A stretch of 32,000 nucleotides of DNA from an uncultured Erysipelotrichaceae bacterium (GTDB taxonomy: Bacteria > Bacillota_I > Bacilli_A > Erysipelotrichales > Erysipelotrichaceae). The stretch spans positions 1-32,000 of the forward strand of contig CAYNZZ010000009.1 of NCBI GenBank assembly GCA_964401865.1, written 5' to 3'. The position numbers and the translations under genes were made by a program. Shown here in pieces: positions 24,994 to 32,000 of this stretch (positions are counted from its first letter, which is position 1; each line of letters begins with the position of its first letter). Below the pieces are notes generated by a model, which saw nothing but the letters and a program-made list of their open reading frames with translations, made no database searches and was not told the DNA's origin.

Positions 24994-26880
24994 TTAATCA
25001 AGTTCTAAAGCACCAGTGTATAATTGGTAATATATTCCTTTTTCATCAATTAGTGAATCGTGGTCTCCTCTTTCAATAATACGCCCTTGATCAAGAACCA
25101 TAATTACTTTACTGTTTCTAATTGTGCTTAAACGATGTGCTATTACAAAGACAGTTCTTCCTTCCATCAGTTTATCCATGCCCGATCCAACAATAGCTTC
25201 GGTACGAGTGTCTATTGATGAAGTTGCTTCATCTAGAATTAGAACTGGTGGATTACTTAAAGCTGCTCTAGCTATTGATAACAATTGCCTTTGACCTTGC
25301 GATAGGCTGGCTCCATCGCCGGTTAAAACAGTATTATATCCATCTGGCAAGTGTTTGATGAAATCATGAGCATTGGCTAATTTGGCAGCTTCAATGACTT
25401 CTTCATCACTGGCTTCAAGATTGCCATAGCGGATATTGTCCATAATCGTACCAGTAAATAGATGAGTATCTTGCAAAACGATTCCTAAAGATCTTCTTAA
25501 ATCATCTTTTTTAATTAGTCTAATATCGATGCCATCATATGTAATCATACCCTTTTGAATTTCATAAAAACGATTAATTAAATTGGTAATAGTAGTTTTA
25601 CCAGCACCAGTAGCACCAACGAAAGCTATTTTTTGACCAGGTTTAGCGAATAAATTGATATCGTGAAGAATTATTTTATCTTCGTTATAGCCGAAATCCA
25701 CATCGATAAATCTAACATCGCCCTTGAGTTCTACTAAGGAAGTCGAACCATCAGCATGTGGATGTTTCCAAGCCCACATCTGAGTTTTTTCTTTACTTTC
25801 TTTTAATTGACCATCGACAATAGTCGCATTTACTAAAGTAATTTTTCCTTTATCTACTTCAACTTCTTCATCTAATAGTTTAAATATACGATCAGCACCA
25901 GCTAAAGCCATGATGACACTATTTAATTGTTGAGATATTTGATTAATCGGTTGTGAGAATGAACGATTTAATTGAAGAAAGGCTGCCAAACCACCAATTG
26001 TGAGACTATCGGTGTAAATAGCGATCAAACCACCGACAATGGCACATAATACATAATTGAGATAACCTAAATTACCCATAATTGGCATTAAGATGTTTGC
26101 GTATTTATTAGCGTTATAGCTGGCGTTATTAAGTTCATCATTAAGTTTTTCGAATTCTTCAATCGTTTTTTCTTCATGAGTGAAAACTTTTATAACTTTT
26201 TGACCGCTTATCATTTCTTCGATGTATCCATTGACTGTACCAAGATTTTTTTGTTGAAGAACGAAATATTTGCCAGAATTATTAATGATTCTATTTGATA
26301 CTTTCTTTATTACTACTATCATCAAAATAACCACTAAGGTTAAAGGGATGTTGATTAGACACATTGATGCAAATACTCCGACGATAGTAATTGCCGATGC
26401 AATGAATTGAGGCATACTTTGAGAAATCATTTGTCTTAAAGTATCCGTATCATTGGTATAAATACTCATGATATCGCCATGAACATGAGTATCAAAGTAT
26501 TTAAGTGGCAATTTTTCCATGTGTTCAAACATCATATCACGAATTTTTTTTAAAGTTCCTTGGGTTACACTAACCAGAATTCTGTTGTAGGTAAAGTTTG
26601 ATATAACACCTAGAAGATATATCATTGCCATGACCATTAATGCGTTAATCAATAAACTGAAATCAGGATTATCTACGCCAATCAGTGGGGCAATATAATC
26701 GTCGACTAGTGTTTTGATGAAGTTAGTTCCGATAACACTGGCAATACTACTGATAAAAATCAAGATTACTACTACGATACATTGCCATTTATAGTCTTTG
26801 AATATAAATTTTAATAATCTAAATAATGATTCTTTAGGATTTTCTAATTTTACTTTCGTTTTAAAACCTCCTCTACTCAC
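24994..26880 (-). CDS. ABC exporter, fused permease/ATPase half-transporter carrying the consensus ATPase site
   Basis: 628 aa. Walker A 'GATGAGKTT', Walker B plus catalytic Glu 'VLILDEATS', H-loop 'IAHRLST', but a deviant signature 'LSQGQ'. GTG start with RBS aaggagg. Confidence 0.9.
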   Translation of the reverse strand: MSRGGFKTKVKLENPKESLFRLLKFIFKDYKWQCIVVVILIFISSIASVIGTNFIKTLVDDYIAPLIGVDNPDFSLLINALMVMAMIYLLGVISNFTYNRILVSVTQGTLKKIRDMMFEHMEKLPLKYFDTHVHGDIMSIYTNDTDTLRQMISQSMPQFIASAITIVGVFASMCLINIPLTLVVILMIVVIKKVSNRIINNSGKYFVLQQKNLGTVNGYIEEMISGQKVIKVFTHEEKTIEEFEKLNDELNNASYNANKYANILMPIMGNLGYLNYVLCAIVGGLIAIYTDSLTIGGLAAFLQLNRSFSQPINQISQQLNSVIMALAGADRIFKLLDEEVEVDKGKITLVNATIVDGQLKESKEKTQMWAWKHPHADGSTSLVELKGDVRFIDVDFGYNEDKIILHDINLFAKPGQKIAFVGATGAGKTTITNLINRFYEIQKGMITYDGIDIRLIKKDDLRRSLGIVLQDTHLFTGTIMDNIRYGNLEASDEEVIEAAKLANAHDFIKHLPDGYNTVLTGDGASLSQGQRQLLSIARAALSNPPVLILDEATSSIDTRTEAIVGSGMDKLMEGRTVFVIAHRLSTIRNSKVIMVLDQGRIIERGDHDSLIDEKGIYYQLYTGALELD

Positions 26881-28606
26881 CTAGGTTACCTCCTTTCTTT
26901 TGAACATTTACAATATCTCGATATATTTCATTGCTTTCAAATAATTCATCATTGGTTCCGATACCATTTATTTTACCGTCGTCTAAAACAATAATCATAT
27001 CGGCATCTTCAACACTGGAAATTCTTTGAGCGATAATGATTTTGGTCGTATTTGGTATTTCTTCTTTAAATGATTTGCGAATCATGGCATCGGTACGGGT
27101 ATCGACAGCACTTGTTGAATCGTCTAATATTAATATTTTAGGTTTTTTCAAAAGAGCACGAGCTATACACAATCTTTGTCTTTGCCCACCTGATACATTA
27201 GTTCCACCCTGTTCGATATAAGTGTCATATCCGTCTTTAAACTTATCAATAAATTCATCGGCACAAGCTAATTTGCACACACGTTTAATATCTTCGAGTG
27301 AAGCATTTTCATCACCCCATCTTAGATTTTCAGCGATAGTGCCACTAAATAAGACATTATTTTGCAAAACGACGCTGACATTGTCTCTTAAAGTCTTGAT
27401 GTCATAATTTCTGACATCTTCATTTCCTACTAATACACGTCCTTCATCGACATCATATAGACGGGATATTAGGGAAATAAGGGTACTTTTTGCGCTTCCT
27501 GTACCACCGATAATACCAACAGTCATACCACTTTTTATATTTAAGTTGATGTCGGTTAAATTATAATCCTTTTCACTCGCCTTATATTTAAAATAGACAT
27601 GATCAAAAACGATGGAACCATCTTTTACTTCCATGATTGGATGGTCATTATTAGCAATAGTTGGTTTTTCGTTTAGTACTTCGGCAATTCTGCGCATACT
27701 GGCAATTGACATCGTCATCATGACAAAAATCATTGATATCATCATTAAACTCATCAGGATATTTGTGGTGTATGTGAATAGACTCATCAATGAACCGGTG
27801 GTCAAATCACCGACAACGATGAGTTTGGCACCTAAATAGCTAAGAGTAATTAAACAGGCATACATAGTTAACTGCATGACCGGTGAGTTGAATGCTAAAC
27901 GATTTTCAGCTTTAGTGAAAACACTATAAATATCTTGAGATGCTTTTTTAAATTTAGAAGTTTCATACTTCTCTTTTACGTAAGCTTTTACAGTTCTAAT
28001 ACCTTTTATATTTTCTTCAACACTTTCATTTAAGCGGTCGTACTTCTCAAAGGCAACATCGAATATTTTGGTTGTAACTTTTATGATAAGGAATAGAACA
28101 CAAGCCAAGAAAATGATGGCGCATAGAAATACAATGGTTAAACTTGGACTGATGTTAAAAGCCATAAACATTGCACATATTAGTAGTAACGGTGCTCTAA
28201 AACAAATTCTTAAAACCATCTGATACGAATTTTGAACATTAGTTACATCAGTTGTCATACGAGTAACTAAACCGGCAGTGGAATATTTGTCAATGTTTTC
28301 AAATGAGAAATCTTGAATATTTCTAAACATAGCTTTTCTTAGATTTTTTGCAAATCCACTAGACGCATAAGCAGCATATTCTCCACTTTTTGCTCCGCCA
28401 TAAAGAGCTAAAAGCGATAATCCCAGCATCAACAAACCATTGACGACGATAGCTTTGATATCGTTTTGTTCAACTCCAAGGTCGATGATACGAGCCATCG
28501 TGAAAGGGATTGCCATTTCACATATTACTTCAACACTTATGAAGATAGGTGCTAAAAAACTTGCTTTTTTATATTCTTTTACTTCTTTGATTAGTGTTTT
28601 TATCAT
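26873..28606 (-). CDS. ABC exporter, fused permease/ATPase half-transporter carrying the degenerate ATPase site
   Basis: 577 aa. Walker A 'GGTGSAKST', Walker B 'ILILDDSTS' (Asp in place of the catalytic Glu), H-loop position 'IAQRISS' (Gln in place of His), and a canonical signature 'VSGGQ'. It overlaps both neighbouring genes. Confidence 0.9.
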   Translation of the reverse strand: MIKTLIKEVKEYKKASFLAPIFISVEVICEMAIPFTMARIIDLGVEQNDIKAIVVNGLLMLGLSLLALYGGAKSGEYAAYASSGFAKNLRKAMFRNIQDFSFENIDKYSTAGLVTRMTTDVTNVQNSYQMVLRICFRAPLLLICAMFMAFNISPSLTIVFLCAIIFLACVLFLIIKVTTKIFDVAFEKYDRLNESVEENIKGIRTVKAYVKEKYETSKFKKASQDIYSVFTKAENRLAFNSPVMQLTMYACLITLSYLGAKLIVVGDLTTGSLMSLFTYTTNILMSLMMISMIFVMMTMSIASMRRIAEVLNEKPTIANNDHPIMEVKDGSIVFDHVYFKYKASEKDYNLTDINLNIKSGMTVGIIGGTGSAKSTLISLISRLYDVDEGRVLVGNEDVRNYDIKTLRDNVSVVLQNNVLFSGTIAENLRWGDENASLEDIKRVCKLACADEFIDKFKDGYDTYIEQGGTNVSGGQRQRLCIARALLKKPKILILDDSTSAVDTRTDAMIRKSFKEEIPNTTKIIIAQRISSVEDADMIIVLDDGKINGIGTNDELFESNEIYRDIVNVQKKGGNLGE

Positions 28607-29058
28607 TTATTAGCTTCTCCTTTCTTTAAATGGACAATTATTTTTTCAAGTGAATTAAATAGTTGATTTTTTTCTTCTTCATCTAAACATGAAAGCATGT
28701 ACTCATCGAATGTATTGAATTTTTCGATAATCATATTATTTAAATGGTCGGCTTTTTCGGTTTGAATAATAAGCTTTTTCCTATTATCATCAGGATCATT
28801 AATTCGGTTGATAAATCCTTTATCTTCTAAGCGATCTAAAATACCTGACACCGTAGGATTAGATATATTTAAATGTCTTTCAATGTCTTTTTGACTAATG
28901 CTAAAACCCTTATATTTGGCATGATGCAAATATCTTAAAACATCAGATTGACTTGCTGTTAAATCACACTCTTTAAATGCTTCATTAGCCATCTTGTCAA
29001 TTTGCCAATGAATCTTTTTGATGAGTGGGCCAAGTATTCTTTTATATTCCTGCTTCAT
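28603..29058 (-). CDS. MarR-family transcriptional regulator
   Basis: Winged-helix region 'LTASQSDVLRYL...SQKDIERHLNISNPTVSGILDRLEDKGFI'. I prefer the start at MKQEY (29058) because AAGGAG lies 6 nt upstream. The ORF-track start at 29082 lies inside the operator palindrome. Confidence 0.85.
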   Translation of the reverse strand: MKQEYKRILGPLIKKIHWQIDKMANEAFKECDLTASQSDVLRYLHHAKYKGFSISQKDIERHLNISNPTVSGILDRLEDKGFINRINDPDDNRKKLIIQTEKADHLNNMIIEKFNTFDEYMLSCLDEEEKNQLFNSLEKIIVHLKKGEANK

Positions 29059-29072
29059 ATGCAACTCCTTTT

Positions 29073-29105
29073 TATATAGCATACTATTACATAGTATGCT
29101 ATATA
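29073..29105. promoter_or_regulatory. Perfect 15-3-15 inverted repeat, a probable MarR operator
   Basis: TATATAGCATACTAT (29073-29087), tac, ATAGTATGCTATATA (29091-29105). It lies between the marR RBS and the -10 element. Confidence 0.6.
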
Positions 29106-29132
29106 TTATATCATCATTATATTATCGGTCAA
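29105..29132 (-). promoter_or_regulatory. Sigma-A promoter of the marR-ABC operon
   Basis: The minus strand reads TTGACC (complement of 29127-29132), a 16-nt spacer, then TATAAT (complement of 29105-29110). The palindrome starts at the last base of the -10. Confidence 0.5.
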
Positions 29133-29252
29133 CACCTATGGATATATTACTCCGTTTTTTAAAATACTATGCTTTGATGTTTTTATGTATTTCTTGTTTA
29201 AAAAGAAGTTAAAACATGTGTAAAAGAACTAAAAACGGGCATAGAAATGCGA

Positions 29253-29258
29253 TATAAT
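29253..29258 (+). promoter_or_regulatory. -10 hexamer placed 6 nt before the second ATG of the S1-domain gene
   Basis: TATAAT (29253-29258), then tattac, then ATG at 29265. No convincing -35 was found. Confidence 0.3.
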
Positions 29259-29264
29259 TATTAC

Positions 29265-29630
29265 ATGAGTAAAATTGAAGATTACAAGATAGGAATGATT
29301 GTGTATGGTCGAATATCAGGTATCAAACCATATGGGGCATTTGTTTCGTTTGATGGCAATGTCAGTGGATTAATTCATATCAGTGAACTATCTAATGGTT
29401 ATGTAAAAGATGTCAATAAATTTGTGCATATTAATGACCATGTAATGCTTAAAGTAATAGACATTGATTATGAACATTCGCAGTTAAGGCTTTCATTTAA
29501 AGCAATGAGCCAGAATAAAAGAAAGTATTTAAAAAAAGTAAAAGCGGTATCCATGCCTGATAAGAAAATAGGTTTTTCATCAATCGAGAAAATGATGCCT
29601 ATATGGAAAAAGGAGAGAGAAAATGATTAA
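29265..29630 (+). CDS. S1 RNA-binding domain protein (YugI / general stress protein 13-like)
   Basis: 'GMIVYGRISGIKPYGAFVSF...GLIHISELSNGYVKDV'. The alternative start at 29247 would add 6 aa. The shorter form fits the length of the homologues I recall and the -10 spacing. The 3' end overlaps pgi by 8 nt. Confidence 0.8.
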   Translation: MSKIEDYKIGMIVYGRISGIKPYGAFVSFDGNVSGLIHISELSNGYVKDVNKFVHINDHVMLKVIDIDYEHSQLRLSFKAMSQNKRKYLKKVKAVSMPDKKIGFSSIEKMMPIWKKEREND

Positions 29631-30894
29631 AGTAGATTTGAGTAACGCAAAACTTGAACAGTCGATTTATGATTTTCAAGATGAAGTAAACAAAGCACAT
29701 GATATGTTGCATAAAAAAACCGGAGCAGGTAATGACTTTGTTGGATGGGTCAATTGGCCTTTAGACTACGATAAAGAAGAATTTGAAGAGATACTTGAAC
29801 TCAAAAAGAGCTTAGAAGGTAAATACGATACATTATTGGTGTGCGGTATAGGTGGATCATATTTAGGTGCTCGTGCAGCAAGTGAAATGATTAGGGGTTT
29901 ATACCCTGATGACGGAATTGAATGTATATTTGTGGGTAATACATTCTCACACACTTATATTTCACAGGTTTTAAAACATATTGAAAATAAGAATGTAATC
30001 TTGAATGTTATTTCAAAATCCGGCACAACAACCGAGACTTCGTTGGCCTTTAGAATCTTTGAACAATTCATGTATGAAAAATATGGTGAAGATGCTAAAA
30101 ATAGAATTATTGCCACTACTGATAAAAGCAGAGGTACTCTAAAAGCTTTGGCGACAGCTAAAGGGTATAAGACCTTTACTATTCCTGATGATATCGGTGG
30201 TAGATATTCGGTATTCACTGCTGTTGGTTTATTACCATTGGCTCTTTTAAACATTGACATTAAAGAATTGATGAATGGTGCTAAAAAAGCTTATGAAGAT
30301 TTATCGAATCCAGATTTAAAAGAGAATCCGGCCTATCAATATGCAGTCGCAAGAAGAATTTTAGATAAGCAAGGTTATAAAGCTGAAATGTTTGTGACAT
30401 ATCACTTACAACTTACAATGGTTGCGGAATGGTGGAAACAGTTATTCGGCGAATCTGAAGGCAAAGATGGTTTGGGTATTTTACCTACCAGTGCGTGTTT
30501 TTCGACTGATCTGCATTCTTTAGGACAGTTCATTCAAGAAGGTAAAAAAGTTTTATTTGAGACTTTATTGACTGTTGAAAATATGCCGTTAGATATTGCA
30601 TTCCCTTATGACGAAGAAAATCTTGACAATATGAATTATCTATCTGGTAAAAAAGTATCTTGGGTAAATGAAATGGCTATGAGAGGTACATTGAGTGCTC
30701 ATAGTGATGATGGCAATGTTCCAAATATCGAGTTTAGTCTAAAAGATAATAGTGCATATAGTTTTGGATATATGATTTATTTCTTTTTCAAGGCTTGTGG
30801 TATGACTTGTTATTTGCTGGATATTAATCCATTTAATCAACCGGGAGTTGAAGTTTATAAACGAAAGATGTTTAAACTATTGGGTAAGGAATAA
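29623..30894 (+). CDS. pgi: Glucose-6-phosphate isomerase
   Basis: 423 aa with 'ISKSGTTTET', 'GGRYSVFTAVG' and 'ESEGK'. RBS aaaggagag. Confidence 0.93.
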   Translation: MIKVDLSNAKLEQSIYDFQDEVNKAHDMLHKKTGAGNDFVGWVNWPLDYDKEEFEEILELKKSLEGKYDTLLVCGIGGSYLGARAASEMIRGLYPDDGIECIFVGNTFSHTYISQVLKHIENKNVILNVISKSGTTTETSLAFRIFEQFMYEKYGEDAKNRIIATTDKSRGTLKALATAKGYKTFTIPDDIGGRYSVFTAVGLLPLALLNIDIKELMNGAKKAYEDLSNPDLKENPAYQYAVARRILDKQGYKAEMFVTYHLQLTMVAEWWKQLFGESEGKDGLGILPTSACFSTDLHSLGQFIQEGKKVLFETLLTVENMPLDIAFPYDEENLDNMNYLSGKKVSWVNEMAMRGTLSAHSDDGNVPNIEFSLKDNSAYSFGYMIYFFFKACGMTCYLLDINPFNQPGVEVYKRKMFKLLGKE

Positions 30895-30897
30895 TAA

Positions 30898-30916
30898 AAG
30901 CCTTTATAAAAGGCTT
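30898..30916. terminator. Short hairpin between the convergent pgi and membrane-protein genes
   Basis: AAGCCTTT-ata-AAAGGCTT. A U-rich tail exists only in the minus-strand sense (TTATTATT), so it is more convincing as the terminator of the minus-strand unit. Confidence 0.45.
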
Positions 30917-30942
30917 AGACAGAGCCTATCGGTAAGCAGCGC

Positions 30943-31290
30943 TTATTGATGGGCTTTTTTATTAATGGCATATTCGAAGATAAAACCGATTATGATAAAT
31001 ATCAAATATACGCATGACCATATAATCCATAAATTATTTAAACCATCTCCATAATCGGATTGAAACAGATAAGCCAAGATAAATCCAATGATATAACCGG
31101 TGACAGTTAAACTTGGAAGTATTTTCCTTTTTTTAACAATTCCTGAAAAGAAAACAACAATAACACCAATGTAAAGAAGAAAGAGTGGGAAGGATTTCAT
31201 TCCGTGAAAAGAGAATAATGGATATCTAATTGCCAGAAAGGCTAGTGCTAAAATAAGCAAGGATAATAAACCGGTTTTTCTTTCGCTCAT
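30943..31290 (-). CDS. Small four-TM membrane protein of unknown function
   Basis: 115 aa with four hydrophobic segments. GGAG lies 8 nt upstream of the ATG. It starts 34 nt downstream of apbE on the same strand. I recognise no motif. Confidence 0.55.
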   Translation of the reverse strand: MSERKTGLLSLLILALAFLAIRYPLFSFHGMKSFPLFLLYIGVIVVFFSGIVKKRKILPSLTVTGYIIGFILAYLFQSDYGDGLNNLWIIWSCVYLIFIIIGFIFEYAINKKAHQ

Positions 31291-31324
31291 ATTTTATACT
31301 CCGTTTTTGTTATGTATAAATGTT

Positions 31325-32000
31325 TTATTTGATGGTGTAGTTCGTAAAATCATCAGTCATATAGACATTTAATCCGTTGATATTTTGAGTTTTGATATCT
31401 TCCGGATTATTTTCGCTCAATACCCAAAGAACTTCGATTTCAACATCATAATAATCTTCGACTCTTTGAATAAACTTCATTCCTTCTTCGATATTCATAT
31501 TGAAAAGCGAAGTGCTTAAAGCATCCGCTAAACCGCTATTACTCACAATAACGCTTACTGATTCATATAAATCTGAAGGATATAGTGTATCGGGATTGAT
31601 GATATGGTGCATTTTTTTATTGCCCTCAGCAATGTAATAATTGAAGTAATTTCCTGATGTGACAACCGATGCACTATTTCTAGTGAAAACATTGATAATA
31701 CCATCATATGAATATTCTTGACTGCTTCTTGGATCTTGAATAGCTACGCCCCATGGTGTGCCGTCTGCTTTGTCATTTATTGTTCTGACATTGCCACCAC
31801 CGACAATGCTGGCGTGTTTGATGCCGTTTTCTTCGAGCATTAAAGCTATCTTTTCGACGGTATATCCTTTAGCAATACCACCGACATCAAGCGAAATATC
31901 TGGATCATCAATATAGACGGTACTATTTTCTTCATCAATTATGATATGTTCAAAACCATGGTGTTTGCTGGCCTCGATTAAGTCATTTTCATCAGGAAGA
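31325..32000 (-). CDS. apbE: FAD:protein FMN transferase (ApbE family), 5'-partial (runs off the right edge)
   Basis: The frame stays open from 31840 to nt 32000. My hand translation gives '...DISLDVGGIAKGYTVEKIALMLEENGIKHASIVGGGNV...', which matches the ApbE core motif. Stop at 31325-31327. Confidence 0.85.
   Translation of the reverse strand, partial: LPDENDLIEASKHHGFEHIIIDEENSTVYIDDPDISLDVGGIAKGYTVEKIALMLEENGIKHASIVGGGNVRTINDKADGTPWGVAIQDPRSSQEYSYDGIINVFTRNSASVVTSGNYFNYYIAEGNKKMHHIINPDTLYPSDLYESVSVIVSNSGLADALSTSLFNMNIEEGMKFIQRVEDYYDVEIEVLWVLSENNPEDIKTQNINGLNVYMTDDFTNYTIK

Noticed and set aside
29018-29212. 64-aa plus-strand ORF across the marR 5' end and the divergent promoter region
   Set aside because: It overlaps the marR start, the operator palindrome and the promoter. 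It is AT-rich with no RBS and is a spurious ORF.
1-32000. A search for CRISPR arrays, tRNA/rRNA genes, IS elements or integrases, phage genes, toxin-antitoxin pairs, defence-system hallmarks (nucleases, helicase-methylase combinations, reverse transcriptases, STAND ATPases) and biosynthetic clusters
   Set aside because: None were found. Every ORF over about 100 aa outside the adhesin has a confident housekeeping, transport or regulatory assignment, and the intergenic spaces are short and explained by promoters, terminators or the T-box. Apart from the adhesin's protein-level tandem repeat array and the short inverted repeats listed as terminators and the operator, I saw no other direct or inverted repeat arrays, although an exhaustive repeat search was not possible by eye.

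Overview
This is AT-rich, Bacillota-type chromosome. By gene content and style it looks like an Erysipelotrichia or other compact low-GC Firmicute, which is inference only. The standard genetic code applies: long ORFs are intact and TGA is used as a stop. Almost all of the window is tightly packed housekeeping. One 20-kb plus-strand run carries recG, rnc, a GltD-like oxidoreductase, polC, rimP-nusA-ylxR-ylxQ-infB-rbfA, folA, a T-box-controlled ileS, and an AI-2E permease / ThrE-like pair / tag unit. It is followed by a minus-strand block (NifU-like, DUF212, and a MarR-controlled heterodimeric ABC exporter), then an S1-domain gene coupled to pgi, and finally a small membrane protein plus apbE running off the right edge. 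The only clearly accessory element is the left-edge gene (1-3537). It is a 5'-truncated giant repeat adhesin whose base composition alternates between GC-rich and AT-rich blocks within one open frame. I found no CRISPR array, tRNA or rRNA, transposase, integrase, toxin-antitoxin pair or recognisable defence or secondary-metabolite cluster, and I cannot honestly point to a novel multi-gene system here. The observations most worth a second look are: (1) the chimeric adhesin; (2) a repeated -10 hexamer / 6 nt / ATG architecture with no Shine-Dalgarno at four unit-first genes, implying leaderless mRNAs; (3) a perfect 15-3-15 palindrome over the marR-ABC promoter; (4) a minimal orphan A24 prepilin-peptidase-like gene that converges on and overlaps a stand-alone DHFR at a synteny break after rbfA; (5) a weak-tailed hairpin placed between a candidate promoter and rimP-nusA; (6) a ~210-aa charged tail on NusA.
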